Shown: positions 27,322-35,536 of the stretch, one piece after another
Layout: each line of letters begins with the position of its first letter
Position numbering within the stretch: the first letter of the stretch is position 1
IMG/VR virus record: IMGVR_UViG_3300035698_012088
Location: 1 to 64,000 of that record
Direction: 5' to 3' (one strand)
From: a virus
DNA length: 64,000 nt
Made by a program: the position numbers and the translations under genes
Notes under the pieces: generated by a model
The model's input: only the letters and a program-made list of their open reading frames with translations
What the model was told of the DNA's origin: nothing
The model's database searches: none

Positions 27322-28272
27322 ATGATAGAACCTAAAGTTAGGGCAATGAATGAAGCCGTCATAAACGGTCTCACATCAGACGATCCTTATATCCAGAAAG
27401 AAGCACAGAATGGAGTCAATGACTTCCTCCGCATTAGAGCCCGTGAAGACGGTTTCTGCAGAAGAATTCAGCCTCCTGTCCCTGTGACTCCTGCTGATCT
27501 AGACCGTCAAGTTGATACTGTTAAGCCAGTTATCGTTAAGGACATGGAGCCAAACACTCCTAGTGCTTATACGGTTCCCTTTGGTGCAGTGCCAATGAAC
27601 CATTATATGGACGCACCTAGATACCGTGTCATGTTTGACCGTATTCTCAGTCATAGATTTACTGCAGATGTGGCCAACCTTTTGACATATGATCTGGATA
27701 TCAGACAAGTCTTTAACGACCTCATGCTTAAAGACATTCTCGCAGAAGAAGACAGAAAGTATATCGCAGTTGTGGATACTGTCTGTGGAACACTTAATGC
27801 AGCTGTCCGTAGTGAAGTTGCATCCAAAGGCTATGTTACTGTTGGTGGCTTGGACAGACAAGCTCTTGCTGAAGCAATGAAGGGTATTCCTTCAACTAAC
27901 CGTCACCTCAGCCCTGCTGTTGCACTTATCAATAACATTACCATCTGGGACGTTGTTGCATTAGTCAGAGAGCAAGTTGGTGGAGACCTATCTGAAGAAC
28001 TCTTCGTTAATGGCTTCGCTGAGAGACAGATCATGGGTCTTAAGTGGTTTATCACCATCAAGACTGATCTAGTCGCAACCAATGACCTCTATATGTTTGC
28101 AGCTCCTAAGTTCCTCGGGGACTTCTACGTCCTTGAAGACGTGACTGTAAGCACAAAACATGAGAACTATATGTTTGAAATGTTTGCTTATGAGATGATT
28201 GGCGGAACCGTCAAGAACACTGCTGCTGCTGCCAAAGCCGCATTCAGTGGTTCACTAGTTGCTTGGGTGTAA
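27322..28272 (+). CDS. Major capsid protein (probable HK97 fold)
   Basis: Position, strong RBS, codon-usage shift, downstream terminator; REDGFCRRI and DILAEEDRK segments. Confidence 0.8.
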   Translation: MIEPKVRAMNEAVINGLTSDDPYIQKEAQNGVNDFLRIRAREDGFCRRIQPPVPVTPADLDRQVDTVKPVIVKDMEPNTPSAYTVPFGAVPMNHYMDAPRYRVMFDRILSHRFTADVANLLTYDLDIRQVFNDLMLKDILAEEDRKYIAVVDTVCGTLNAAVRSEVASKGYVTVGGLDRQALAEAMKGIPSTNRHLSPAVALINNITIWDVVALVREQVGGDLSEELFVNGFAERQIMGLKWFITIKTDLVATNDLYMFAAPKFLGDFYVLEDVTVSTKHENYMFEMFAYEMIGGTVKNTAAAAKAAFSGSLVAWV

Positions 28273-28295
28273 ACCTTAGTCGATTAGTTTAATTA

Positions 28296-28334
28296 GAAAA
28301 GAGGAAGGCCTAAACCACCTTCCTCTTTTCTTTT
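28296..28334 (+). terminator. Rho-independent terminator after the capsid gene
   Basis: GAAAAGAGGAAGG / CCTTCCTCTTTTC stem followed by TTTT. Confidence 0.9.
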
Positions 28335-28387
28335 GTATATACCGGGTTATATTGTAATTATGGATTCTACCCATAAAAAGGACATAA

Positions 28388-28546
28388 ATGCAACTACATC
28401 TCCCCGGTAAAACAGTAGAAATAGAGACAGCATCGGAGCACTTATCAAAGCATCTATTTCACTTTACTGCTTTTGAAGAAATAGGGACGGTCTCATTGAA
28501 CAGAAGATGCTTCAATGTAAAGCAAAAACAAGGAAAAAGAAAATGA
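28388..28546 (+). CDS. Small hypothetical protein (52 aa, not in ORF track)
   Basis: AAGGA RBS; MQLHLPGK...GKRK; stop overlaps ATG 28543. Confidence 0.5.
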   Translation: MQLHLPGKTVEIETASEHLSKHLFHFTAFEEIGTVSLNRRCFNVKQKQGKRK

Positions 28547-29064
28547 TTCTCAAGACTAAAGTAATGAATCTAAAAGAAGAGACAATCAAGTGTAAGTGGA
28601 TTGGTATTGCAGGGATGGAAATCCCAGCAGGAGAATTTGTTATATTAGAGGGAGCTTATCCAACAGCTTGTACTAATAAGAGACAGATCGAGAAAATGAA
28701 TGTAGAGATTGGTATGGGTATGGTAAAGGTTTCACTTGTCACAGATATGAATGTGGAATGCCCAGAAGAAGAAGTTCCCAAGCAGACACCTAAAGCCAAA
28801 GCTAAAAGAGGCAGACCTAAGAAGTCAAAGTCCAAGTCGACAATGATGGAAACTGTTAGAGTAGGGGACAAGAAGTCAAAGGCTACAGCTCAACTAGATA
28901 AAGATATCTTAGCTGTTGGCCCCATAGAGTCTTTTAGACCAGAGGCCAAATCTATTGATGGAGAGGCTACTCCACAACCTGAAGTTGTTGAAATCTTTAA
29001 AGATTCCATGGGTACAGGTGTAGAAAAGGGTGTCAAACTGGAAGATGTGTTTAAGAGAGTGTAG
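28543..29064 (+). CDS. Hypothetical protein
   Basis: Same frame as ORF 28507; ATG 28543 has an AAGGA RBS; KRGRPKK motif. Confidence 0.7.
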   Translation: MILKTKVMNLKEETIKCKWIGIAGMEIPAGEFVILEGAYPTACTNKRQIEKMNVEIGMGMVKVSLVTDMNVECPEEEVPKQTPKAKAKRGRPKKSKSKSTMMETVRVGDKKSKATAQLDKDILAVGPIESFRPEAKSIDGEATPQPEVVEIFKDSMGTGVEKGVKLEDVFKRV

Positions 29065-29097
29065 TTATCGTGTATATTACATATAGAGGAATAGATA

Positions 29098-29397
29098 ATG
29101 GCTAATTTTGATATTGTTTTTGGTGGTGGTTCAGTAGATAACGCTGTTGTAGGAGACACAAGTACTCAAGTCCAGGCTGAGGATGCTCCTAGGAAGTATC
29201 TTATTTTAAGAAACTTAAGTACTACTGCTACTGTGTTTTTAGCCATTGGTGCCACTGCCGAGTTGAATAAGGGAATCCCTGTGTATCCTAGAGAGTTCTA
29301 TGAGATCACTTTGGACAACCTGTCTTCAGCAGCAATTAATGGTATTTGTGAGGCAGGAAAGACTGCCATTGTAGCTATACAGATCGGTTACAAGTAA
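29098..29397 (+). CDS. Small beta-sandwich virion-type protein
   Basis: GAGGA RBS; RKYLILRNLSTTATVFL pattern typical of small phage structural proteins. Confidence 0.6.
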   Translation: MANFDIVFGGGSVDNAVVGDTSTQVQAEDAPRKYLILRNLSTTATVFLAIGATAELNKGIPVYPREFYEITLDNLSSAAINGICEAGKTAIVAIQIGYK

Positions 29398-29438
29398 TAC
29401 ATAGAGTTATAGCTTACTTTAAATAGAGGAATAGTATT

Positions 29439-32066
29439 ATGCCTTTAGGCGGTTCAACCCTATATTCGTTTATAGATGCAGTCAACGCTGCACTAGAGAT
29501 TCAAGCATCAGATGACCATTGGGCTTTTTCAGAAGATACTGGAGTAGTTCTAGGTAAGGTGATAAACGCCAAAACCTTGTCTATTTCAGAACCAGATACT
29601 CAATTTGCAGTATCTCCCTATATCACTCTATTAACAACTGATGCCCATCTATTCCCTAATGGTATAGTGTTGGACGAGCTTATTGTTAAAGCCACTGCAG
29701 ATATCACAGAAGATGTTATACTGGAGATCTGGACAGACCCTCAGAACTTCCTCTCTACTGTTGTCACAGCCTCCTTTTTAGCTTCTGATGAGACATCTGC
29801 TTTAATTACAGGAAGTCTAGGAAGGGTTCCTCCTAATGCAGTAGTTAAAATAAGTATTCCTAATGTTAATATAGATGAAATGCATGTTGCTATTCTATAC
29901 CATGAAGAATTGGCTTATTCTTCTAGTGCATCTAGCTCAAGTATTAGCTCTAGCTCAAGTATTAGTTCTTCTTCCAGCTCAATCTCCAGTAGTAGTTCTA
30001 TCTCAAGTAGTGCAACTTCATCTGGATCATCTGGGTCAAGTGGATCTTCAGGGTCCTCTAAGAGTTCAGAGTCTAGTAGTTCTAGTTTCTCAAGCAGTAG
30101 TTCTGAGAGTAGTTCTGTAAGTTCTAGTGTCTCTAGTAGCTCTGTAAGTTCAAGCAGTATTTCAAGTAGTATCTCAAGTTCAAGCAGTATCTCAAGTTCT
30201 ATATCTAGTTCTAGTAGCATTTCTAGTTCTATATCCAGTTCTAGCAGTATCTCAAGTTCTATAAGCAGCTCAAGTATTAGTTCTAGTTCTAGCATAAGCT
30301 CTAGTTCTATATCTAGTTCTAGCATAAGCTCTAGTTCTATTAGCAGTTCTAGCATCTCTAGTAGTTCAATATCTAGTTCAGTTTCTAGTAGTAGTTCAGA
30401 ATCTAGTTCTGTAAGTTCTAGTTCTGAATCCAGTTCAATATCTAGTGCTTCAAGTTCAATCTCTAGTAGCAGTTCAGGGAGCAGTTCTGTTTCTAGTTCT
30501 ATTACTTCTTCTAATTCCTCTGGGTCTAGTGGGTCAAGTGGATCAAGTGGGTCATCTGCCAGTTCTGAATCTAGTAGCTCTAGTTACTCTAGTTCCAGTA
30601 TTTCCAGTTCTTCAATTAGTTCCATATCTAGTTCAATTTCTAGCATAAGTTCTGGGTCTAGTTCTGTGAGTTCTAGTTCAGTATCTAGTTCAATATCTAG
30701 TGCTTCAAGTTCTATCACATCTTCTAATTCCTCAGGATCTTCAGGATCTTCAGGATCTTCTGCTAGAGTATCCTCTGTGAGTAGCAGTAGTATTTCTAGT
30801 AGTAGTTCTATTTCAAGCAGTTCAAGTATAAGTTCTTCTGTTTCTAGCTCTTCAAGTATCTCTAGTTCTATAAGTAGTTCTTCCTCTGTTAGTTCAGTAT
30901 CTAGTTCTGTTTCAAGTAGCTCTATCAGTTCTAGTTCTATAAGTAGTTCTTCTTCTACTAGTTCTTCAGTATCTAGCATAAGCAGTTCTGTTTCAAGCAG
31001 TTCCAGCATAAGCAGTTCTAGCATAAGCTCTTCAAGTTCTAGCAGCATAAGCAGTTCTGTTTCAAGTAGCTCTATCAGTTCTAGTTCTATAAGTAGTTCT
31101 TCTTCTATAAGTTCAGTATCTAGCTCAAGTATCTCTAGTAGCTCTATAAGCAGCTCAAGTATTTCTAGTAGCTCTATAAGCAGCTCAAGTATTTCTAGTA
31201 GCTCTATAAGCAGTTCTGTTTCTAGTAGTAGTTCAGAATCTAGTTCTGTGAGTTCTAGTTCTAGTTCTGTTTCAAGTAGCTCTACAAGCTCTAGTTCTAT
31301 AAGTAGTTCTTCAATAAGCAGTGCGTCAAGCAGTTCTGTTTCTAGCTCTAGTTCAGTATCTAGTTCTAGTTCTGTTTCAAGCAGCTCTATCAGTTCTAGC
31401 ATCTCTAGTAGTTCTGTTTCTAGCTCTAGTGTTTCAAGTAGTTCTATAAGTAGTTCTGTAAGCTCTAGTGTCTCTAGCAGTTCAGTATCTAGCTCAAGTA
31501 TTTCAAGTAGTTCTGTTTCTAGCTCAAGTATTTCTAGTAGTTCCATTTCTTCATCAATAAACAGCAGCTCTTCTATATCTAGTTCTATAAGTTCGAGTTC
31601 TTCTATATCTAGTTCCAGTTCTATTTCTAGTTCAACATCAAGTTCAAGTACATCAAGTGACTCCAGTTCATCAAGTTCTATTTCTTCAGAGAGCAGCGCT
31701 TCATCAAGTGCCACCTCTAGTGGATCTTCTGGGTCTAGTGGATCAAGTGGATCTTCTGCAAGAGTCTCTTCTGTGAGTAGCTCTAGTGTTTCAAGTAGCT
31801 ATAGCAGTTCAGTATCTAGCTCAAGTATTTCTAGTGTATCTAGCAGTAGTTCCTCTGTGTCTAGTACTAGTTCAGCAAGTTCTATCAGTTCTTCAGTCTC
31901 TAGTTCTAGTTCAGACTCTAGCTCTATAAGCTCTAGTTCAAGCAATTCATCTTCTATAAGCTCCAGTTCTTCAGAATCTAGTTCTAGAAGTTCTGTTTCA
32001 AGTAGTACTAGTAGTGCAAGTAGTAAAAGTTCCTCTAGCTCAAGTGGTGAAGTTCAGCCCGATTAA
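29439..32066 (+). CDS. Poly-serine protein (N-terminal beta domain plus ~709-aa Ser tract)
   Basis: GAGGA RBS; uninterrupted ORF. Confidence 0.85.
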   Translation: MPLGGSTLYSFIDAVNAALEIQASDDHWAFSEDTGVVLGKVINAKTLSISEPDTQFAVSPYITLLTTDAHLFPNGIVLDELIVKATADITEDVILEIWTDPQNFLSTVVTASFLASDETSALITGSLGRVPPNAVVKISIPNVNIDEMHVAILYHEELAYSSSASSSSISSSSSISSSSSSISSSSSISSSATSSGSSGSSGSSGSSKSSESSSSSFSSSSSESSSVSSSVSSSSVSSSSISSSISSSSSISSSISSSSSISSSISSSSSISSSISSSSISSSSSISSSSISSSSISSSSISSSSISSSSISSSVSSSSSESSSVSSSSESSSISSASSSISSSSSGSSSVSSSITSSNSSGSSGSSGSSGSSASSESSSSSYSSSSISSSSISSISSSISSISSGSSSVSSSSVSSSISSASSSITSSNSSGSSGSSGSSARVSSVSSSSISSSSSISSSSSISSSVSSSSSISSSISSSSSVSSVSSSVSSSSISSSSISSSSSTSSSVSSISSSVSSSSSISSSSISSSSSSSISSSVSSSSISSSSISSSSSISSVSSSSISSSSISSSSISSSSISSSSISSSSISSSVSSSSSESSSVSSSSSSVSSSSTSSSSISSSSISSASSSSVSSSSSVSSSSSVSSSSISSSISSSSVSSSSVSSSSISSSVSSSVSSSSVSSSSISSSSVSSSSISSSSISSSINSSSSISSSISSSSSISSSSSISSSTSSSSTSSDSSSSSSISSESSASSSATSSGSSGSSGSSGSSARVSSVSSSSVSSSYSSSVSSSSISSVSSSSSSVSSTSSASSISSSVSSSSSDSSSISSSSSNSSSISSSSSESSSRSSVSSSTSSASSKSSSSSSGEVQPD
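29919..32045 (+). repeat. Ser low-complexity tract
   Basis: Mixed TCN/AGY codons; SSSSI periodicity; four (SSG)n blocks. Confidence 0.9.
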
Positions 32067-32082
32067 TTTTGAGGATATATAA

Positions 32083-32535
32083 ATGGCAATAAAACAACCC
32101 ATAGGCACAGATCCCCTAAGTAATCCAGATCATGGTCTATCACATAGAATCATAGCTGTTGATGAAGCTGCCCCAGTTAAAACAGTCACTGTAGATGAGA
32201 ATGGAACCACAAGGATTGGGGATCAATCTGGCCCAGACTATCTAAAAATAGACTCTGCAGGTAATGTTACCTTTTTAGGAGATGCTACTATAGCGCTACC
32301 CTATGCTAATATTCTCATGGTAGCCACTGCAGGAGCACCCTTTTCCAGTATCAAAGCTGCTAATGACTCTATTGGGGATGCCTCAGTGTCTAATAGATAC
32401 TGCATTCTTGTGAATCCAGGTACTTATGTCGAAGATCCTATTATTATGCAAGACTATGTAGACATTAAAGCTATTGGGAGTGCTTGGTCCACTGTAGTTA
32501 CTCCAACTGCAATAGGCGATACGTATGTCTTCTAG
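32083..32535 (+). CDS. Virion fibre-like protein ending in the start of a beta-helix domain
   Basis: GAGGA RBS; FSSIKAA...ILVNPGTYVE pectin-lyase-like cap, then an abrupt stop. Confidence 0.65.
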   Translation: MAIKQPIGTDPLSNPDHGLSHRIIAVDEAAPVKTVTVDENGTTRIGDQSGPDYLKIDSAGNVTFLGDATIALPYANILMVATAGAPFSSIKAANDSIGDASVSNRYCILVNPGTYVEDPIIMQDYVDIKAIGSAWSTVVTPTAIGDTYVF

Positions 32536-33553
32536 TACTTCCTCCAGTAGTTCCATATCCAGTTCTAGTTCTACTTCTTCTAGCTCTTCCTCAGTATCTT
32601 CTTCTGTAAGTTCTTCTAGTTCTATATCTAGTAGTTCTGAGTCTAGTTCTAGTAGTGATAGCAGTTCTAGTAGTATCTCTAGCTCCAGTAGTATTTCCAG
32701 CAGCAGTTCAGTATCTTCTAGTTCTAGCAGCAGCTCTATATCCAGTTCTAGTTCTATATCTAGTAGTTCTTCTGAGTCCAGCAGTTCCTCTACATCTAGT
32801 AGCTCTATATCTAGCAGTTCCTCTATATCTAGTTCAGCATTTAGTAGTCACTCTAGTGCATCTAGCTCTATATCTAGTAGCTCTTCTATATCTAGTTCTG
32901 TTTCTAGTAGTAGTTCTAATTCATCCTCAAGTTCAGAGTCCAGTAGTTCTATATCTTCTTCTGTAAGTTCTTCTAGTTCTATATCTAGTAGTTCTATATC
33001 TTCTTCTGTAAGTTCTTCTAGTAGTAGTTCTACTTCTTCTAGCTCTTCCTCAAGATCTTCTAGTTCTACTTCTAGTTCTTCTGAATCATCCTCTAGTATC
33101 AGCAGTAGGAGCAGTAGTTCTACTAGTTCTTCTAAGTCCAGTAGTTCTAGTTCATCTGCCAATGACTGGGGGTCTGTTTCTATAAAAGTTACAAGAAGAG
33201 TAAGCCAAGTAGGAGAGGAATTTAGACTTCAGGCCTGGGTGACTTCAACAAGTCTAAACATCCCTGGAGAGGTTTTCTTGTTTAGGGATACTCCTAATTA
33301 CCCAGAGAACAGTCCTCTACCTTTCTATGTATTCCTTAAAACATGCTCTTATGCAGACATGATAAACTATCCTACTATAGATTCAACTTATGACACTATC
33401 TTCTATAGACAAAGAGGTCTAGATCTAACCTTTAAATCTCTAAATCAATTAAACACAGATTGGGAAGTCATAGATACTGCGCTACAGGCCCTTATAGAAG
33501 ATATAGTAGAGACAAATGGAGCTACACCTACAACAACAGTGTATAATTACTAA
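32525..33553 (+). CDS. Poly-serine protein (N-terminal ~210-aa Ser tract plus C-terminal globular domain)
   Basis: Open frame; the domain resembles that of the next gene. Confidence 0.75.
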   Translation: MSSSTSSSSSISSSSSTSSSSSSVSSSVSSSSSISSSSESSSSSDSSSSSISSSSSISSSSSVSSSSSSSSISSSSSISSSSSESSSSSTSSSSISSSSSISSSAFSSHSSASSSISSSSSISSSVSSSSSNSSSSSESSSSISSSVSSSSSISSSSISSSVSSSSSSSTSSSSSSRSSSSTSSSSESSSSISSRSSSSTSSSKSSSSSSSANDWGSVSIKVTRRVSQVGEEFRLQAWVTSTSLNIPGEVFLFRDTPNYPENSPLPFYVFLKTCSYADMINYPTIDSTYDTIFYRQRGLDLTFKSLNQLNTDWEVIDTALQALIEDIVETNGATPTTTVYNY

Positions 33554-34116
33554 TGCTACAAACCACAGTACAAAAATTTAATGTAGGAGCTGCTTATAGT
33601 ACTAAGCTAGTTCTCACAGTAGTAGCAACTGCTGGAGAGGACCCTAATGTATTTGTGGTAAGTAAAGTACAGATAGCGGGGTCATCCTCTTATGAGGAGA
33701 CTTTTGAAAGTGTTGCATCTAAGGCAGACTATATAGAATATGGGACTACTCCCTCCACAACTGTCTTTTATAGAAAAGCCACTATAACTTTACTATTCAC
33801 TCCAGGTACCGATGAGACTGAAGTATTAACTGAGATCTTATCTGAGATTGAAATCACCTCAACCCTACAAGATACAGATATAGTTATAGGGACTAGTTCA
33901 TATACGTACACAGCTTCTGGGCATATTCCTTCCAGTTTTTACTTCCCCAATTTTGCATCATCAAGTGCTTCTTCTGTATCTAGCTCCAGTAGATCCAGTA
34001 GTTCTTCTAGAAGTAGCAGCTCCTCTATAAGCAGTAGCTCATCTAGTACTTCTAGTTCTAGCTCAAGTATTAGTTCAAGATCTAGTTCTAGTAGCTCTAG
34101 CTCTAGTTCTACATAG
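33553..34116 (+). CDS. Globular domain plus C-terminal Ser tract
   Basis: TAATG coupling; AD..Y...FYR motif shared with the previous gene. Confidence 0.75.
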   Translation: MLQTTVQKFNVGAAYSTKLVLTVVATAGEDPNVFVVSKVQIAGSSSYEETFESVASKADYIEYGTTPSTTVFYRKATITLLFTPGTDETEVLTEILSEIEITSTLQDTDIVIGTSSYTYTASGHIPSSFYFPNFASSSASSVSSSSRSSSSSRSSSSSISSSSSSTSSSSSSISSRSSSSSSSSSST

Positions 34117-34126
34117 GAATAAGACA

Positions 34127-34825
34127 ATGAGATATTTAATAGCAGTAGCTTTGGTTTGTTTAGTAGGATGTACCTCAACTAATAGGAACCTTTTTGGGGA
34201 TAATATAGCAGGACAGAACGCTGAACTAGGAAAGAAGTCTGTAGAAGCCTCTATGCTGCTCTATAGGGACGCTGTAGCGACCTCTGAGGCCTCACAGCAT
34301 ATCCAAACAGCCACACAGTGTTTAAACCAGTCAGGCACCCTCCTAGGCTCTCTAGAGCAGACTGTACAAGTAGAAGCTCCTCAGACACATGAGAAGATAG
34401 TTCCACAGATAAGGCAAATAGATGCCTTATTAGGTAATACATCAGAAGAACTAGATCTTTTGGGTATAAAATTAGAAGCTCATAAACAGGCTATGGAGGA
34501 ATTGGCTGCGTTCACACAGTTCACTGCAAAGGCAGCTCAAGGTAAAACTTATAGAAGTAAGACCAAGATCTTGATGTACCAGATCCTAGGTATTTCCATT
34601 ATTCTATTCATCGCGGCTATAGCTTTAGCAGCATTTGGTCTCTTAGCTCCAGTTAGGACATTCCTTGGAGGACTTTTTGGCCTAGCCGCTAATCTCTCTA
34701 ATGGAGGATTTAAAGCTATGCAAGAAACAGTAGCTGAGATGGCACATAAGGATGACTCAATTCCTTCTGAGAAATTGCATCCCTCTCTTAAGGCAGCTAT
34801 AGTAAGCAAGAATTTGAAAAGTTAG
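34127..34825 (+). CDS. Lipoprotein with coiled coil and C-terminal TM helix (unimolecular spanin-like)
   Basis: Lipobox LVG-C15; TM segment ILGISIILFIAAIALAAFGLL. Confidence 0.6.
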   Translation: MRYLIAVALVCLVGCTSTNRNLFGDNIAGQNAELGKKSVEASMLLYRDAVATSEASQHIQTATQCLNQSGTLLGSLEQTVQVEAPQTHEKIVPQIRQIDALLGNTSEELDLLGIKLEAHKQAMEELAAFTQFTAKAAQGKTYRSKTKILMYQILGISIILFIAAIALAAFGLLAPVRTFLGGLFGLAANLSNGGFKAMQETVAEMAHKDDSIPSEKLHPSLKAAIVSKNLKS

Positions 34826-34843
34826 TCGGTACCTAAGAGTGAG

Positions 34844-35536
34844 ATGTTTATGAAACTCTCTATTGTAATGCCTTGTGAAAAAGATAGAGTGCCTCTATTA
34901 GAAAAAACCTTACAGAGATATTCTGAAATCATTGAATCAACAGAAGTAGAATTTATTCTTCCCTCCAGATCCCTTACAGAGATGTCCGCCCCTGGCTTTA
35001 ATATAAAAGTTATACCATATATTTATGATGAGGGTGTGTTCAATTGTTCTATGGCTCTGAACCTGGGGGTTAAAAACAGTTCCTATGAGAATATAATTAT
35101 TACTTGTCCTGAAGTAATACCTGCTCCAAATGTGTTAAAGGTTTTCAAAGAGAAGGGAAGAGGCAATTATCTCTGTACTGCATATGATTTAATGCCAGAT
35201 GGCTCTATAGGGCCTTTACTTGTATCTAAGGACTTTAGGGGAGAGACTCCAGGATTATACTTCTTAGCTTTGTTTAAAAAGGAAGATATAGAATTTATAA
35301 ATGGATGGGATGAGGGGTTCATGGGAGGGTATGCTTGGGAGGATAGTGAATATGGGGATAGATTTATCAGGGCCGGCCTATCCTTTGAGATATTAGAAGA
35401 GGCCTTGGCTTACCATCAGTATCACAAAAGAGGTATAGGGGATACTAAAATGTACTATGTAAATGAAACAAAGAAGCTGAAAAACGATTACAACGAGATT
35501 ATAAGACCTAAGAAAGGACTACATTATGAAAAGTAA
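34844..35536 (+). CDS. Glycosyltransferase, GT-A (GT2/GT7C-like)
   Basis: LSIVMP, FNCSMALNLG, GWDEGF.GYAWED motifs. Confidence 0.8.
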   Translation: MFMKLSIVMPCEKDRVPLLEKTLQRYSEIIESTEVEFILPSRSLTEMSAPGFNIKVIPYIYDEGVFNCSMALNLGVKNSSYENIIITCPEVIPAPNVLKVFKEKGRGNYLCTAYDLMPDGSIGPLLVSKDFRGETPGLYFLALFKKEDIEFINGWDEGFMGGYAWEDSEYGDRFIRAGLSFEILEEALAYHQYHKRGIGDTKMYYVNETKKLKNDYNEIIRPKKGLHYEK

